Positions 34,412 through 47,849 of a stretch of 64,000 nt of DNA are shown piece after piece. Within the stretch, counting starts at the first letter, position 1; every line of letters begins with the position of its first letter. Both the position numbers and the translations under genes were made by a program. The DNA lies in NCBI GenBank assembly GCA_964188305.1, contig OZ076890.1. One strand, written 5' to 3'. This stretch comes from Podarcis bocagei. Its lineage: Eukaryota. Below the pieces are notes generated by a model, which worked only from the letters and a program-made list of their open reading frames with translations, was not told where the DNA came from and made no database searches.

Positions 34412-37400
34412 CACCTAGGAACTGTGGATGAATGAGTATAGTTGATTAAAGTGTACAAAATAATATTCTGCGTAACTGAGATGGTACTGTATCTTTTGTA
34501 GGTTTCAGAAACTTGTTCCTTATATCTGTTGGAAGATTTGCTATGTAGGAGCAACTAGGGATTGCAAATTGCTAGCTACTGAAAATAGTTTTTTAATACA
34601 TGGCACTGCAATATGTTAAAAGCAAAACTTGTTAAGATAGAAAATGTCAAACGTTCCTCTTTCCCTTAACCAACAGAGGATGGACCAGTAATCTATAAAT
34701 GAACTTGAAAGTGATTGCATTTATAAAGAACATTTAGAGAGGGAGGCAGCTTTCTCTAGAGTTCATGAGCTAAGGACCTGAATATGAAACTTGGATGTCA
34801 ACATGGGACCAAACATTGGAAAGCATTTTATAGACGAGGAAAAGACGAGGTCTTTTTTCTTGGGTTCCTTTGCAGAGGTCACTGCCTTATGATAGCAGTG
34901 ACTAACCATTCAAGTCAAACAGTCGTGTATTTTTCACTGACAACCTTTGAGGTCATAGGAGATCAGAAATCTTCTGCAAGTGAAGCTACAGATCCCTATT
35001 GTTAAAAATGTGGGGAAATTAAAAACTTGATATTTCTTGTATACGCTTGAGTGACTTGGGTACCATTACTGCTACCAAGCCTACATGTGTCCCTGACCAC
35101 ATGTTCCGTGTGAGCACACAAGCAAGCACCTCAGACGTGAAATTATTCAACAACTTGAGCCAAAGTCACAGTGTGCCGTGGAGACAGTGCCTTGTACTTT
35201 GGCCACAAAGGGGAAATAGCAGTATGTAGATGCACAGAGTCCCTCTTTGGATGAAAGCAGAGGTTGCATTTGGATAGAGAGAACAGCAAGATCAGGGAAA
35301 ACAGCAGAGAAGCTGCAGTGTTGAAGCATTAATAATTACCTGTTACAAAGCCAGGGGAAAGAGTAATTTCCTGTGATTCACAGTGAGTAGAGAGTTTGGG
35401 GTTCTAGATGGATGCCAAGGTTGTTGGGATGATTGACACCCTGGCTCTGAGATAACATGCAAGCAAGCAGGAAAAAGACTATGATGGGGGACCAAAGACG
35501 AAAGGCCTTTGTAGGGTGTGTTGAGTCCCAAATGGTGCAGTACTCAAGCAAGCAATTTGGGTTCTTCTGGAACCTTCCCAAAATGGCTATCCTGACTAGA
35601 TATGAAGACGATGACAAAAATTGAGGAGAGGCAAGGGAACAGGGTGGAGGAGGCAGGGAAGCCAGCAACCCATTGGAATCTGAACCAATTGAACTGTGTG
35701 TCCACTTGGGGACAAGAACTTAAAAGGTTCTGTTTCTTGTGGGTGCGGGGTTACCTGAATCAAATGGGAAGATTGCAAATCTGGCTGAAAGACGGATATG
35801 TTTCCAAAACAAGGTGTATTTGCATGAAATGAGAAGAGGCAGGATGCTTTTAAGTCTGTTCCCTCCACTCCTCAGGGCAATTAGGGGTAAACGTAGAGGT
35901 GTGTGTAAGATTGAATGCCAAGTTTGAAAGTACTGGTTGCAAAAATGCTAAACCAAGGCGATGGACCCCTGTCTTAAGAAATGCAGCATGGACAGTACTT
36001 CTTGGAATTGCACTTTAGTTCCCACCTTGGGCTAATGAACAGCCAAATTGAGCTGCATGCCTGCCTTGGCTGTGTCCAGCCAGAATGAGGCATTTGTAAC
36101 TATTCTGGGCCCTTGTTTCCCATGGTAATGAGATGGAGCCTAAGTTGTGTTAGGGAGGGGAGCTAGTGTACACTTTGTATAATCATTTGTAGAGCAAAGC
36201 TGAAGGAGTCAAAAGTGAGGCTGAACACCTTGGTAAAAGATACCTAATGTGCATTTGCAAGGTTTGGTAAACGTGCATTTTGCCATTCTTAATTTTATAT
36301 ATTTTTAAATGGTGCTGGCTAGCCTAATGATCGCACAAGCTGTGAAACTTATAAGAGTGCTGCCAAAGTAAACTGGATCAATATTCCGTTCAAACCAGGT
36401 ATCTCCTGGGACCAATTCTTAATCTTGGAAATACCCGTGCATGCAATGGGGCAGTGGAACTCCCTTAAGATCTCCACTGCATGTGCAACGCTAACATATT
36501 ATTGCAAGACTTAATGTCCGATATTCATGATCCTTATATTATTTTAAAAAAGGATGGTAAGACTCAGCAATGGATGTTGATGAACGTGTGCATATTTCGT
36601 CACACTGAGTTATATACACAGAGGGGCTGCCCAGGTCCACTGGTGAGGGGAGTGCACTGCCCCTGGCACCATCGAGGAGGGGGGTACCATCGCGGCCGCC
36701 CCCCCTGGACATGCGCTGCGCACCCCCCCACCATGCGCTGCCACGCCTTCGCAGGCAGCGCTCCACACCCCTGCGGGCCACTTGCCACGCCCCTGGGGTG
36801 CGCACCAATCATGCCTCCACCTGCTCTCCGCCCCCGGTTCCAGAGCATGCAGTTTTGCTACTGCCCAGGTGCAAGCATGATATTTCCAGAATGTGTAAAT
36901 TGACCCTTTCAGCAGGCAGATTTGTTGCATTAGAGGAGAGAACCCAAATTCCTAATCTTTCCACAAAAGAGCCCTGTCTGTTTTTTAATATACTTTAGGG
37001 TAACACCCCCCCACCCACTTCCATATGAGTAACTGGCAAAATTCACCGGGAATATAAAGAGATGGTCTGTCTGTGTAATATACATGTACTGAAGTTTAAT
37101 AGCAAATTTTAAATGTCCAGAACAACAATAATACTTCTGATTTGTGCTTGTGTTGTCATTGTTCACAAGAGGCAACTTTTTCATTTTATTTTTAGGTTCA
37201 CCAGCAATAATAATAAGAAAAAACTCCTGTTGATCAGCTTTGCTCCACTGTGATGCCAGAAGAAAGGAATAGTTGCATTTTAGTTTTCAGTGGGTCAAGA
37301 GCTGATTTTGGTCAACACAATTTGGACACTTGACATAAATGTTGAAATCCTGCTATAGTAATGTCTTAACTTGATTGGCCAGGAGTAGTCAGAATGGTGA

Positions 37401-38977
37401 GAAAATTGAGGAAAAACCTCCACGTCTTCTCGTAAGATGTGCTTTGTAAACTTGAAGGAAAAAAATCAGTGCCAAAATTGCTGCTTCCTGTATATTCTGT
37501 TGCCAGTGGGAATCTTTTAAAGACTTGAGAGCCGTTCTATATATTGCACAATGATTGAGATGACAGAGTTCTACACTATATACCACTTCAGACATTAGGT
37601 TGGGAATAGCTATATTTTTCTTTGCGCCCTTGTATAATAATAATAATACTCCCTGAAGGGAGCACGTTTGGAGCCAGGGGATGGTTTAGTTTCACTTCTT
37701 CCTGGTGATAGTTTTCTATAGCCGATAGCTGGCTGGGTTTGATGGGAATTGGAGTCCACGACATCTGGGGGCTGCCATGTTAGTTCCCTCTGTTGTAATG
37801 TGTAGAATGGCTCCAGTTTATTGGAGGAGAATTAAGGGCTCTTTCTGACATGGAAATTTCTCCCACAGAGATCTCTCGCCTGTGTAGGAAAACCATATGC
37901 ACGTTTGTGTGCGCAGTGGGGATGTACATCTATATTGCCATGTTTGTACGTACATGCAGCTTTCCTACGCAGAAGTAATATCCATGCCAGGAAATAATTG
38001 CATGTGAAGCTGCCCTTAGTTACCGTTGATAACAAGAGATATGTCCAAGATGGCAAAGCTTGAAGCGCTCTTGTCATTTTTGGGGGGGTGGGAGTGGGGT
38101 GGGGGGGCACATTTACAAGATCTTCAGTATACAATAGGTCTTAACTGATGTTTAAAAGATGTAACAGCTCAGTTATTTTTATACGTGTTAGAAAATAAAT
38201 TGCAATTCAGGATTAATGAGCTGATCAAGTTACCTTTCTGCTGAATTAAAATGTAACAATGTGAGAAATGTATAGCAAAATAAGGCCTTAAAGCTAATTC
38301 TAATAAAAAACCCCGAAGATGAAGTCTATTTTCCCTCATTCTCTCTGTGATCTGATTGCCCATATTATTGGTGTGTCCTTGTGCAATCTTCGTATAGAAT
38401 CCAGGTGCATTGCAAATTCCATGGTAAATATATTTTTTCCCCTTTTGCTGGTGCTTCTTTCTCTAATAAACTCTGTGTATCTTTTGATAGATTCCCATGT
38501 AGTGATAGGCTAAACTTGAATAGATTCTGGTTTCATAAAGTAATTTTGGTGTCTGATTGTGGTTATTTTCTTCTAGTTTGCAGTTATGTTTGCTCTTATG
38601 AATTTCTTAGCTTTTTATATACTTAAACATTTATTTATTTATCCATCCATCCATCCTATGTTTGGAGTTTTTGTTTTAGGTATTTATTTGGTGTCCATTG
38701 TTAAAGTGCATAGTCCTTCAGAAGGAAAATGGCATACAACTGACAGTCATGACTGAGGTGCATGATACAAAAAGAACAGTGGTTCAGGTAGGTCAGTGGG
38801 CCTTTGGGCCCACAAATGATATTGGACTACAACTCCCATCATCCACATGTAGCTTAGCTAATGGGAGTTGTAGTCCAATGATATCTTGGCACCCAAGATG
38901 GAAGAATGCTGATTTGAGTAACATTAAACTCTGGACATAATGGTCTCACAAGGGGGTGGGGAACAGTCTTATGTTAT

Positions 38978-39413
38978 TGTCAGGAAACTGACATCAGAGC
39001 AACAGGCGAAGGAGAGGCTCTCTGATTCTGCAGGGGAAGGAACAAGCACTAGGGGGAGACGCAGCTTAATGGAGGGGGAAGGAAATCAGCGTAACACCAA
39101 GGAGCCAGGAGAGCAGATGGGAGAAGAGGTGGAAGGGCTCCGGGATTCTTCCTTGGAAGTCAGTGAGGAGAGCCCTGGTTCTCCACTACCCACGCCCTCC
39201 TTGCGCAGGAGACTCCCGCGCAATGAGAGGCGGAGACGATTGGGAGTCAAACAACTCTTATGCTGGCAACGGTTTAAGAAACGCCCACAGACAGACTCTG
39301 CGAGCGACTGAGGCAGCCACACCGAGATGGGCTGTGCAGTCAGGACGGTTTAACCCAGGCAGCCAAGCTCCAAAAGGGGACAGTTTACGCACGAGTAACT
39401 CCAAACCACTACA
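38978..39413. mobile_element. Probable solo LTR (436 bp)
   Basis: Begins TGT and ends ACA, flanked by the 5-bp direct repeat GTTAT (38973-38977 / 39414-39418). Base composition differs from the flanks. Confidence 0.65.
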
Positions 39414-39516
39414 GTTATCATGTATATTATTTCACTTTTTTCACTTTCTTCAAAATATGTTAAGCCCGTTTTGCTGTCTTTGAGGGTCCTCCTGCTCATT
39501 CTGCCCTAGTCTACTG

Positions 39517-39773
39517 TAGGACTGGGCGATATCTGGTTTTCAACATTGTATATATATGATATATATAAATATCACAATGTCTGAAATAAGGATGGAGCTA
39601 CTTGGAGGCATTGGCTGGCTTCATGGTTTTCCCCACACTGATTTTTTGCATACCTCACACACATATATCATGATTCACAATATATTTCCAGGTCAAAAAT
39701 TATGAAACCGCTATCACAATATGGATATCAACAGGATTTTTGATGATATAGTGATATATATCACCCAGCCCTA
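39517..39773. mobile_element. hAT-like MITE
   Basis: TIR TAGGACTGGGCGATAT / ATATCACCCAGCCCTA; TSD not recognisable. Confidence 0.7.
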
Positions 39774-40480
39774 GGCTTTCGTCACAAATTCCTGTCCCGA
39801 TGGCGCCACTAAGTAGGGAAGAGGTAAATAAGCAAATTTAGACATCACTCTTTTTTTGTGGTGTTACATTATGTCACAAAGTAGCAGGAGACGGAACTGG
39901 GAGAGGAGGAGCTAATTACGGTAACTCATTAATGGATTTCAAAGTTCTTTCTGCAAGAGCCCCCATTAAATAGTGCATGGTTCTTTCGATACCTTGACAA
40001 TTTTCATTCTCTTAAATGTTTTGCTGCTTTTAAAACTCCTGCCCTAGCTGAGCACTGCTTATGGCAGCAATTTCTGGTTCTCGTACGGAAGGCCTAGCAG
40101 ACTGCCTTCCTTGCCCTTCTGATGCCTTGCATCAAAATATCAAAAGCATTTATTGTTGGCATGAAAGACGAGCACAAAAAACAGATTTTCAAAAAGGAAG
40201 ATGATGGTGAATTCTGTTGCCCGTGTGCAATTGTGGTAAATTTCATGTCTTTTTTTTCAGTCTACGAGACTGAAAAGTATAGCCCAGTACAACCCTGTCG
40301 ACTGATTTTAGATCCAAGCTACACAATAGTTGTTCAGTATTTCTTTTCCTGTTTAGCAACTTTGCTTTTTGTAGAATGTCCAGGCTTGCAGCATCCTCTG
40401 AATAAATTCAGGATTGCTGATTCCAAGTACAGTATATGACATCCATGCCCTCCATTGCGCTGTTTTGGACAATCACAGGA

Positions 40481-40498
40481 GGGCCCTCTAGTGGCCAA
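40481..40498 (-). promoter_or_regulatory. CTCF core motif between CHST10 and LONRF2
   Basis: The minus strand reads TTGGCCACTAGAGGGCCC, close to the TGGCCASYAGRKGGC consensus. Confidence 0.55.
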
Positions 40499-42251
40499 AA
40501 CATTAATAGAAGACTATTAATATTAATGTTTAATATTAATAATTAATTAATTATTAATTAATATTAATGTTCTATTAATAGAACATTAATAGAAGTACTG
40601 TACTACAGAGCATCAAAATCCAGTTTGTTTGGTGACAACAAATGCAATTTTAATCCTGTTCTTTTATTTTATTGGATGGTGCCTTGCATTAGTCCCATAA
40701 AGTAAGTTTTTCTCTCAGAGAGCTGCCAGGTTTATGGGGGCCCTGGGCACGGTGGAATCTTTTAATTCACAGATGGTATTGCCGGTTACCTCAACTTCCC
40801 ATAATTTTTATTTTATTTAAATTCTTACATTTATATCCAAACTTTCCTCCAAGGAACCCAATGTGGCATACATATTTCTCCTCCCCATTTTATCCTCACA
40901 ACAAACCTGTGCGGTAGGTTGGGCTAAGAGACGGTGACTGGCCTGAGGTCACACAGTGAGCTTCATGGTCAAGTGGGGATTTGAACCCTGCTCTGTCAAA
41001 TCTTAGTCCACCACTCTTAACCACTACACCACCAATGTCATACGAACATCAGCCTACTTTACAGGGTTTCTGTAAGAATGCCTGTGGCAATGTATGTGAG
41101 GCACTATGAAAATTTAGCTACAGTGAAGACTTTATACAGTGATTTTTCTACTAGTATCTTTTCAAGTAGAGGAGCATATTTTAAAATCTCTCAAGCAAAG
41201 CATCACGCTGGTCTGAACGATTCGGGGCACTGCTTAAATTTCAAAGATGTTTAACGTTACACTGTTTTTCGGTAAACGAAATGTGGATTTCTATCACCTC
41301 AGCAATAGCAAATATAACACAATACTGGGCAGTGCTCTCGGTGTTGGGAGGAATGACAAAATAATGACTAATTTACACTTTCCTTTTAGCAGCCAAAAGA
41401 ACTATTTAGTTAACCTCCATTGTTGGCATCCATTTTTGTTTCTCATAGTGGTGTAAGGAGCTTAACAGCTCGAAAAAGCATTCCAACAAATCAGCAAGGC
41501 TGTGAAATCTCAAATCTGCCTAGTGCCCGTAGCTCAGTGCTAGCTTGGCCCCCTCACTGGGCAATGGCTGAGTGTTGGGTGATTCACCCAAATTAGCTGC
41601 CATGTCTGTAGGATTTCTTGGACAAGTGAAATGGCTGCTTACATTCCACCCCTGTGAGTCACATCCAAATTACTGCCTCCTAGATCGGAGAGCTCTGTGT
41701 GTGAGTGAGAGATCACGTTTTGTGTTTAAAGGAAGTGAAAAGGAAATTCTAAATGACAGGGTCATGCTAAATAAGGCTGCTTCTTTTGCTCAGCTTCTTC
41801 ATATGAGTCATGCTTCAAGAGGGTTCGAAGCAAATAGGCAGTGGAAGCCATGTAGATAAGGGGGGGGGGAATAGATAAAATTAGTTGGCACCCCCTGAAC
41901 TGAATATTTGAAAGAGAATGCTTTTACAGATACAGGCATTCTTGTCTGGTTGTGTGTGGGCAGAAAAGATGTTTGCATTCCTGGCTCCATGTCCTTGGCA
42001 GACGCCTTGGTTGCACCAGGCTCACCACTCACTTGCACATCGAGCTGTGTGAAAAAACCTGCAAGGTTTGAGACAGTTTGTGGGGCAGAGGGTGTTTTAG
42101 AAAAGGTGCCGGCTCACAGTCATTATGTTTTAAGTTGGTGGATTTTAACCCTGGACGCTAACTTGCCTCTGTATATTTTAGGCTCAACTCCCCATAATTT
42201 CTTTCGGATATTTATCTGATGATGATGATGATGATGATGAAAGAGGACTAT

Positions 42252-42394
42252 AATAGAATTGTGGAGTTAAAAGGGACCCCGAGGGTCCTCTAGTCCAACC
42301 CCCATTACAGGAATATGCAAGTGACCCTTACGGGGATTGAACCTACAACCTTGGCATTATCAGCACCATGCTTTAACCGACTGAGCTATCCAGA
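42252..42394 (-). mobile_element. SINE with a tRNA-Ile-like head and a CR1-type 3' tail
   Basis: Minus strand reads TAGCTCAGTCGGTTAAAGCATGGTGCTGATAATGCCAAGGTTGTAGGTTCAATCCCC, then GTTGGACTAGA.GACC..GGTCCC..ATTCTA. Confidence 0.65.
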
Positions 42395-43932
42395 CTGAGA
42401 TGCAATACTCAATGCATCACACAGCATTTGCTCCTGAACATGATTCCATCATGTATCTGTAGTAATAATCAGGATGATTTTCTTGTTTATAAAATAACTT
42501 TTTAATTTTTTTTTTATATCTTGCCCACCCGGCTGGTTTTCCCCAGCCACTCTGAGTGGCTTCCAACAAAATGTTACAAATACAATAAAAACTTCCCTAA
42601 AACAGGGCTGCCTTCAGATGTTTGATTGTATCTGTAAGGACAGAATCAGGCATGCAATCTAAGTTAGTGATGGCAAATATAAAACCCAAGGGCTGGCAAG
42701 GAGTCAAAAAGGATAACATCTTGCTTACAGGTCCCAAAACTAAAATGCATTTGGCAGTTGCTTTGCTGCAGGTAATTTTATGATGCCCTTTTTGCTTTCA
42801 CTGCAAAGGATTGTAACATTTGGTACCTCTTTTCTGATCCTGCGGTCTAGTGCCTAGAGAACCGGACATGGATCTTGAAAGCTTGCCTTTAATTACCACC
42901 TTGACCATGGACTCACTGTGGAGCCTTGGAAATGTCAGGATTTAGTAAAAATCCTGTGTTAAGTTAATCAACCCAGAGAGTGATTATGGGTATTGTGCTG
43001 AGAGTTTGCAAGGCCCTGTGTTATGCTAATTGGTCATTAGGATGGTTATGTGTATTTGGGGCTTTGGTATTCAGACAATTGGGAGAAAAGTAGGGAGCCA
43101 AATCTTGGTGCATTGGCAGCTGGGGTTTATGGTTAAACTTCAGGATCTGGGAAGCTTTCCATGGAGAGAGATTTCATAGCACTCAAATCTCAAGAGGAGC
43201 TATGCTTCATTGGATTCCCAGACATTTCTGTGCTTATCTCCAACCTCCCTTCAGGCTCTCGCCAAGAAATGTGCAGCTCTCCCCCTTGTTCCCCAACCTC
43301 TAAATTTCAAGAGGACACATTTTTCCTGTGTGACATCACACCTCCTGTAACATCCCTCTCCCAACTCTGCTATTTACCCAGAGCTCAGGCAGAAGGTCAG
43401 TGACTGGCCATTGTCCTTAATGACACCTTGATGGGCATTCTCCCCAGGTGACTTCCTGGTTTAGTCTGCTTGTTAATCTTAACATCTGGCATCTTCCCTT
43501 CAATACTGCAAATATTATCTAAATTCTGTCATTTATTAATTTCTAACATTTCCTAATTCTAGCAGTTACAGGTGACCTTTCACTCCCAGACTTTTGTTAC
43601 CCCAGATCTGTAAGAATATGCTGAAAGAATAAATTATGTTAAAACATTTTTGGCTTCCTGGACTCGTCATCTTCAATTATCCATATTTGTGCTATTGTTG
43701 GGTACAAATTATGATTATGCCATCACTCTTGTTCTGTAACCAGCTAGAGTAACCTTTTTCAAGATTTACATTCTGAATTGACAAGTCTTTTTTCCAGGTC
43801 AACAAAGAAGTGAGAGCTATTTTGATCCACCACTAGATGTCCCCAGTAAACAACTCTTAAAACAGCTCCAGACCTAGCCAATTCTTTTTACAGTCACATA
43901 TTAATTTAGTGCTTATGAGGCAAAATACAGTA

Positions 43933-44157
43933 CAGTGGTACCTCGGGTAAAGTACTTAATTCGTTCCGGAGGTCCGTTCTTAACCTGAAGCACCACTTTA
44001 GCTAATGGGGCCTCCTGCTGCCACCGCGCCGACGGAGCACGATTTCTGTTCTCATCCTGAAGCAAAGTTCTTAACCCGAAGTACTATTTCTGGGTTAGCG
44101 GAGTCTGTAACCTGAAGCGCATGTAACCTGAAGCGTATGTAACCCGAGGTACCACTG
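43933..44157 (+). mobile_element. Tc1/mariner-type MITE (family A)
   Basis: Same TIR and body as 5757-5998; TA flanks. Confidence 0.9.
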
Positions 44158-44753
44158 TACGTGATTTTATAGTGTATCTTACTACAGGTAACATATGAGC
44201 AACTACTGTCATTGATAATGATTTGTCATGCACCTTAATAACTGTAACCACTGCAAGTATTTTATTTATAAAAGTACATACTGCAATATGAGGGTGCTTA
44301 ATTAAAAACAGCAAGAAGCAATCATTAAAATGACTGGCCAGCCAAAAAAGCTTCAAACAGAGGCATAGGCTCTTCAGCATAAAAAAAAGAAATATTATTG
44401 ACAGTGGGGAAAAAGCAAGGATGTCTGCCAAATCTCTGTTATAAAAGTCTTCCAGACAATATTGGTGCATCTTGGTGTATATAATCAATACTGACTGGTG
44501 GTGTAACAGCAGATGATAGGGAGGGAATTACAGGATCTCTGAAGTCGTCCCAACCCAATTAAAATCAGCCCAGTGGACCATTGTTTCAGTCACTGAGAGC
44601 ATGACCCATGCATAGATATATAGTACAGTATTAGTCAAAAACTGTTATGTTGCCGGACTGCCAATGACTATGGTAACAACCACAAGCACATGAATATGTG
44701 CTAAGCTGAAGCCTATGAAGTTCAACAGTCAAGTTGTTGAGATTCCTGCATGG

Positions 44754-44756
<3 letters not shown>

Positions 44757-44794
<38 letters not shown>
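44757..44794. repeat. (GT)n microsatellite
   Basis: Read directly. Confidence 0.95.
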
Positions 44795-44796
<2 letters not shown>

Positions 44797-44806
44797 GGAC
44801 TTAGAT

Positions 44807-44929
44807 TAAGGTTACCAGATGTCCCCGTTTCCCGGGGACAGTCCCTGGATTTACAAATCAGTCTCCATACAAAATCCATTGAAGTTGAAAAGTGACCCCG
44901 GATTCATTGAAGAAAATCTGGTAACCTTA
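44807..44929. mobile_element. Short hAT-like MITE inserted into a CR1-type 3' end
   Basis: TIR TAAGGTTACCAGAT / ATCTGGTAACCTTA splits GTTGGACT..|..GACCCTCAGGTCCCTTCCAAC. Confidence 0.7.
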
Positions 44930-47149
44930 ACTTAATGACCCTCAGGTCCCTTCCAACTCTACAATTCAATGATTCGAGTAAAAGTATATGAAAGCGAGCG
45001 AGGCATAAACTATGCTTCTGCTGTTTCACACCATAGCAAAGGCTTAATGTCTGTATCTCGTCCAGTTCAATAATGTGGCAAGAAAATTCCTGGGACTGTA
45101 CCATTTCAGACAGCAGGTGGGAGTTATCACATATATTTCTTGAAATCAAAATATTCCTGTGTATGAAAAGTTAGCTTTTCGGCGACAAGACTCCTTGTCC
45201 AACTTCCTTGATACGTCAAGTTTTCCATGTGCAAAGGCATTGTTTAAAATTAGGACATGTAGTCCCCCACTCTTAACTCTGTAACTCTTCATTTGTGTGT
45301 AAATGAATTGGACTTGAAAGGAACTTCCTGTATTCAGGTTTGTCAGAGCTTTATGCAATTGCACATTTACTCAGTTGTTGTCCCACGGCATTCAGTTTTG
45401 CACATTGTTGTTTTGGGTTTACACTTTCGTAAGGGTGTTTATTATTGTAGTCGATGAGTGATTCAGGCAGTGCTTAAGGGCAATTATATAGTTATGCTAT
45501 GGAATTTTATGCCCTGCAGCACACCAGGAAATGAGGTGGCCGGCACTCATCCATCACTTCCCCAATTCCAATGAAGGCTGGTCCATCCAGGCTCAGTTTG
45601 CCCTTAGCCAGCCTCCACCTGCTTATCTCCTTGCTTGCCATCTTCCTCCTACTCCTTAGTCTTGAGCGTTTGCCCTTTTAGAACTCAACAGGGAGGAAGA
45701 TGGGAGACAAAATCAGAATTTGTTGGTTCTGCCTGCCATGGGCTCTGGCTTCCCCTATTGTTGGTCTCCCTGGTGTCCCCTGCGCACCAGCTACCTCTGG
45801 AATCAAAGGTCCACTTTTGCTGCTTCAGGAATGGACCGCACTGTATTTATTATCCTATCCCACTTTTATAACTAATAGCAAAGGCAAAGGGTATATTTCG
45901 CATGGCGAATTGAGGCTCAGATCTCTTTGTTAGCAGTGGAGCTTGCTTCTGTTAAGACTACATAAATACACTTGCCTGGGAGGGAGCAAGTCCTGCTGAA
46001 TTCAGTGGGGCTTAAAACAGCCACAGGAGTGTGCTACAAATCTAATTCATACTAAAACGCCACCTAATCTCACATAAGATACTATTAAGATACTAAAACA
46101 CAGGTTTCCTGTGTTGTTTTACAGCTCCGAGTGTGCAGATTTGCTGGAGATTTACACAAGAGTCCAAACTGTTCTCCTGTAGAACAATTTAATGCAAAAT
46201 CTACCAGTGTAACTGCAAAGTTAATCCTTTTTCACGTTTGACAGAAGCAGGCTATTTAAATGGGTGTGGTGTTGCCTGCAGCTCCTAGCTTCTGGTTTTT
46301 GTCTGCCCCCGTTCCACTACAGCTTCATTTGCAATATTTGCTCATCCTGCATTACTATGGATGGTGCACTCCAAAAAACAGCTTTGCCAGCCTGAAATCT
46401 TCCAGCTGTTTTGGACTATAACTCCCAGCAGCCCCAAGCCAGCCAACATGGCCCATGCTGGCTGGGGTTGATGGGAATTCCAACAGAACTTCAGTAACCC
46501 CAGGACCATCTGGAAACAGAACTTGAAGGTTACCTGTTTTGACCAGGGCTTCACTTGGCCCAAGTGACTTAAACGTGAGGGAGCAGCTTCAGGTGATCAT
46601 TTCCCATAAGTTATGGAGGGAGAGAAGCAGCAGCCCAGTAGAACAGGTGCCATTTTATTGTGTCAGGCAAACGTCAGATCCATCGCAGAGTTCTTGATTT
46701 CTAAATAACCGATTCAAACAGATGGCATTTAGCGTGGGTTTTAAAAAAAGTGATTCTAGCCATACTGTGGATAACAAGGGAAGTTATCTGGGTGTGGAGA
46801 TGAGCTAAGCCTGTCTCACCTGATATGGAAATAGGAACAAGGCTTCGGTTCAAGGTTCCCTTGGTGTAAGCCCCACTGGATGCCTCCTTCTGATCTGACA
46901 TGCATAGGATTGCACTGTGATAGGTTCACAGTGAATGATGGATGATGAGACTTTGTCCAGTCATACCAAGAAGCCGTATGACTTACAACCAGACAGTTGA
47001 GAGGCGTGGAGGATGGGTTATTATATAAATATACGCGCTTCCCGTCTCTTAACCCTCTTTAGATTTCTGCTGGCCTCTCCTTGCACGTGAAACTGCGCTG
47101 AAAAAACACAAAAACGGCCAAAATTACACACAGCGGTCTGTGAAACTTT

Positions 47150-47849
47150 ACAAAAGGGAGCATCGCAAATGCGGAGCTGCCGGCTTAAAAATGAGAGTCA
47201 CGGCCACACGGTTCGCCCTAGTTCTCCTTTGTGGAGAACTGAAAGCCGCCCCTCTCCACGCAGAACTGTGGCTGAAGCAAGGCGGAGACGCAGCCAGTTT
47301 GGAGAGGAACAGAAAACCAGCCGCGCCGCCGCTTCCCGGAAGCCTGCGAGGCGCTGGCCGGCCTCTCCCCCGTCACACACACGTGCGCTGCGGGCGGAGC
47401 GGCTGTCGGAGGGCATGTGCGCTCGGCTCACCAGGCCGGGGACTGGGGCGGGCGCTCGGCGGGGCGGTGCTGCCCTCAGCCGGGGAGAAGGAGTTATACA
47501 ACCGCTCGGCGTTGCATAAGCGCCTGAGCCCGGAATAGTCTCAGCTGCCTGCTGGCGCGCTCCGGGAGTGGGGCCAGCGCCGCCCTGCTCTCCTCCCCTT
47601 GACCCCGACGCGCTCGCTCTCCTCGGGGGACGCCCCAGACGGAGCTGGCGGCGCGCCTCCCCCCCCTTTCATAACGGCGTCCGTCCCAGCCCTGGCGGCC
47701 ACCAGGCTCCTTGAGCAAGGCGCGGCGGCTGCGAGGGGCCGCCTCCCCGCTTTTCTGCTCCTCGATGAGGCGCTGAGCTCGACGATGAAGCCATAGCAGG
47801 AGCGCTCGCCGCCACCACCACACCCACCCAGTCAGCCAACCCGGCGAAA
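47150..47849 (+). promoter_or_regulatory. LONRF2: CpG-island promoter and 5' UTR of LONRF2
   Basis: GC/CpG-rich, with GC boxes at about 47445-47467, a CACGTG E-box at 47380-47385 and a TATA-like TTATAC at about 47494. Confidence 0.75.

Noticed and set aside
34412-38480. End of the CHST10 3' UTR (AATAAA near 38194, 38302 and 38465)
   Set aside because: Several candidate signals; cannot choose without transcript data.
42322-42394. tRNA-Ile(GAT)-like sequence
   Set aside because: Imperfect stems and fused to a CR1-type tail; a SINE head rather than a tRNA gene.
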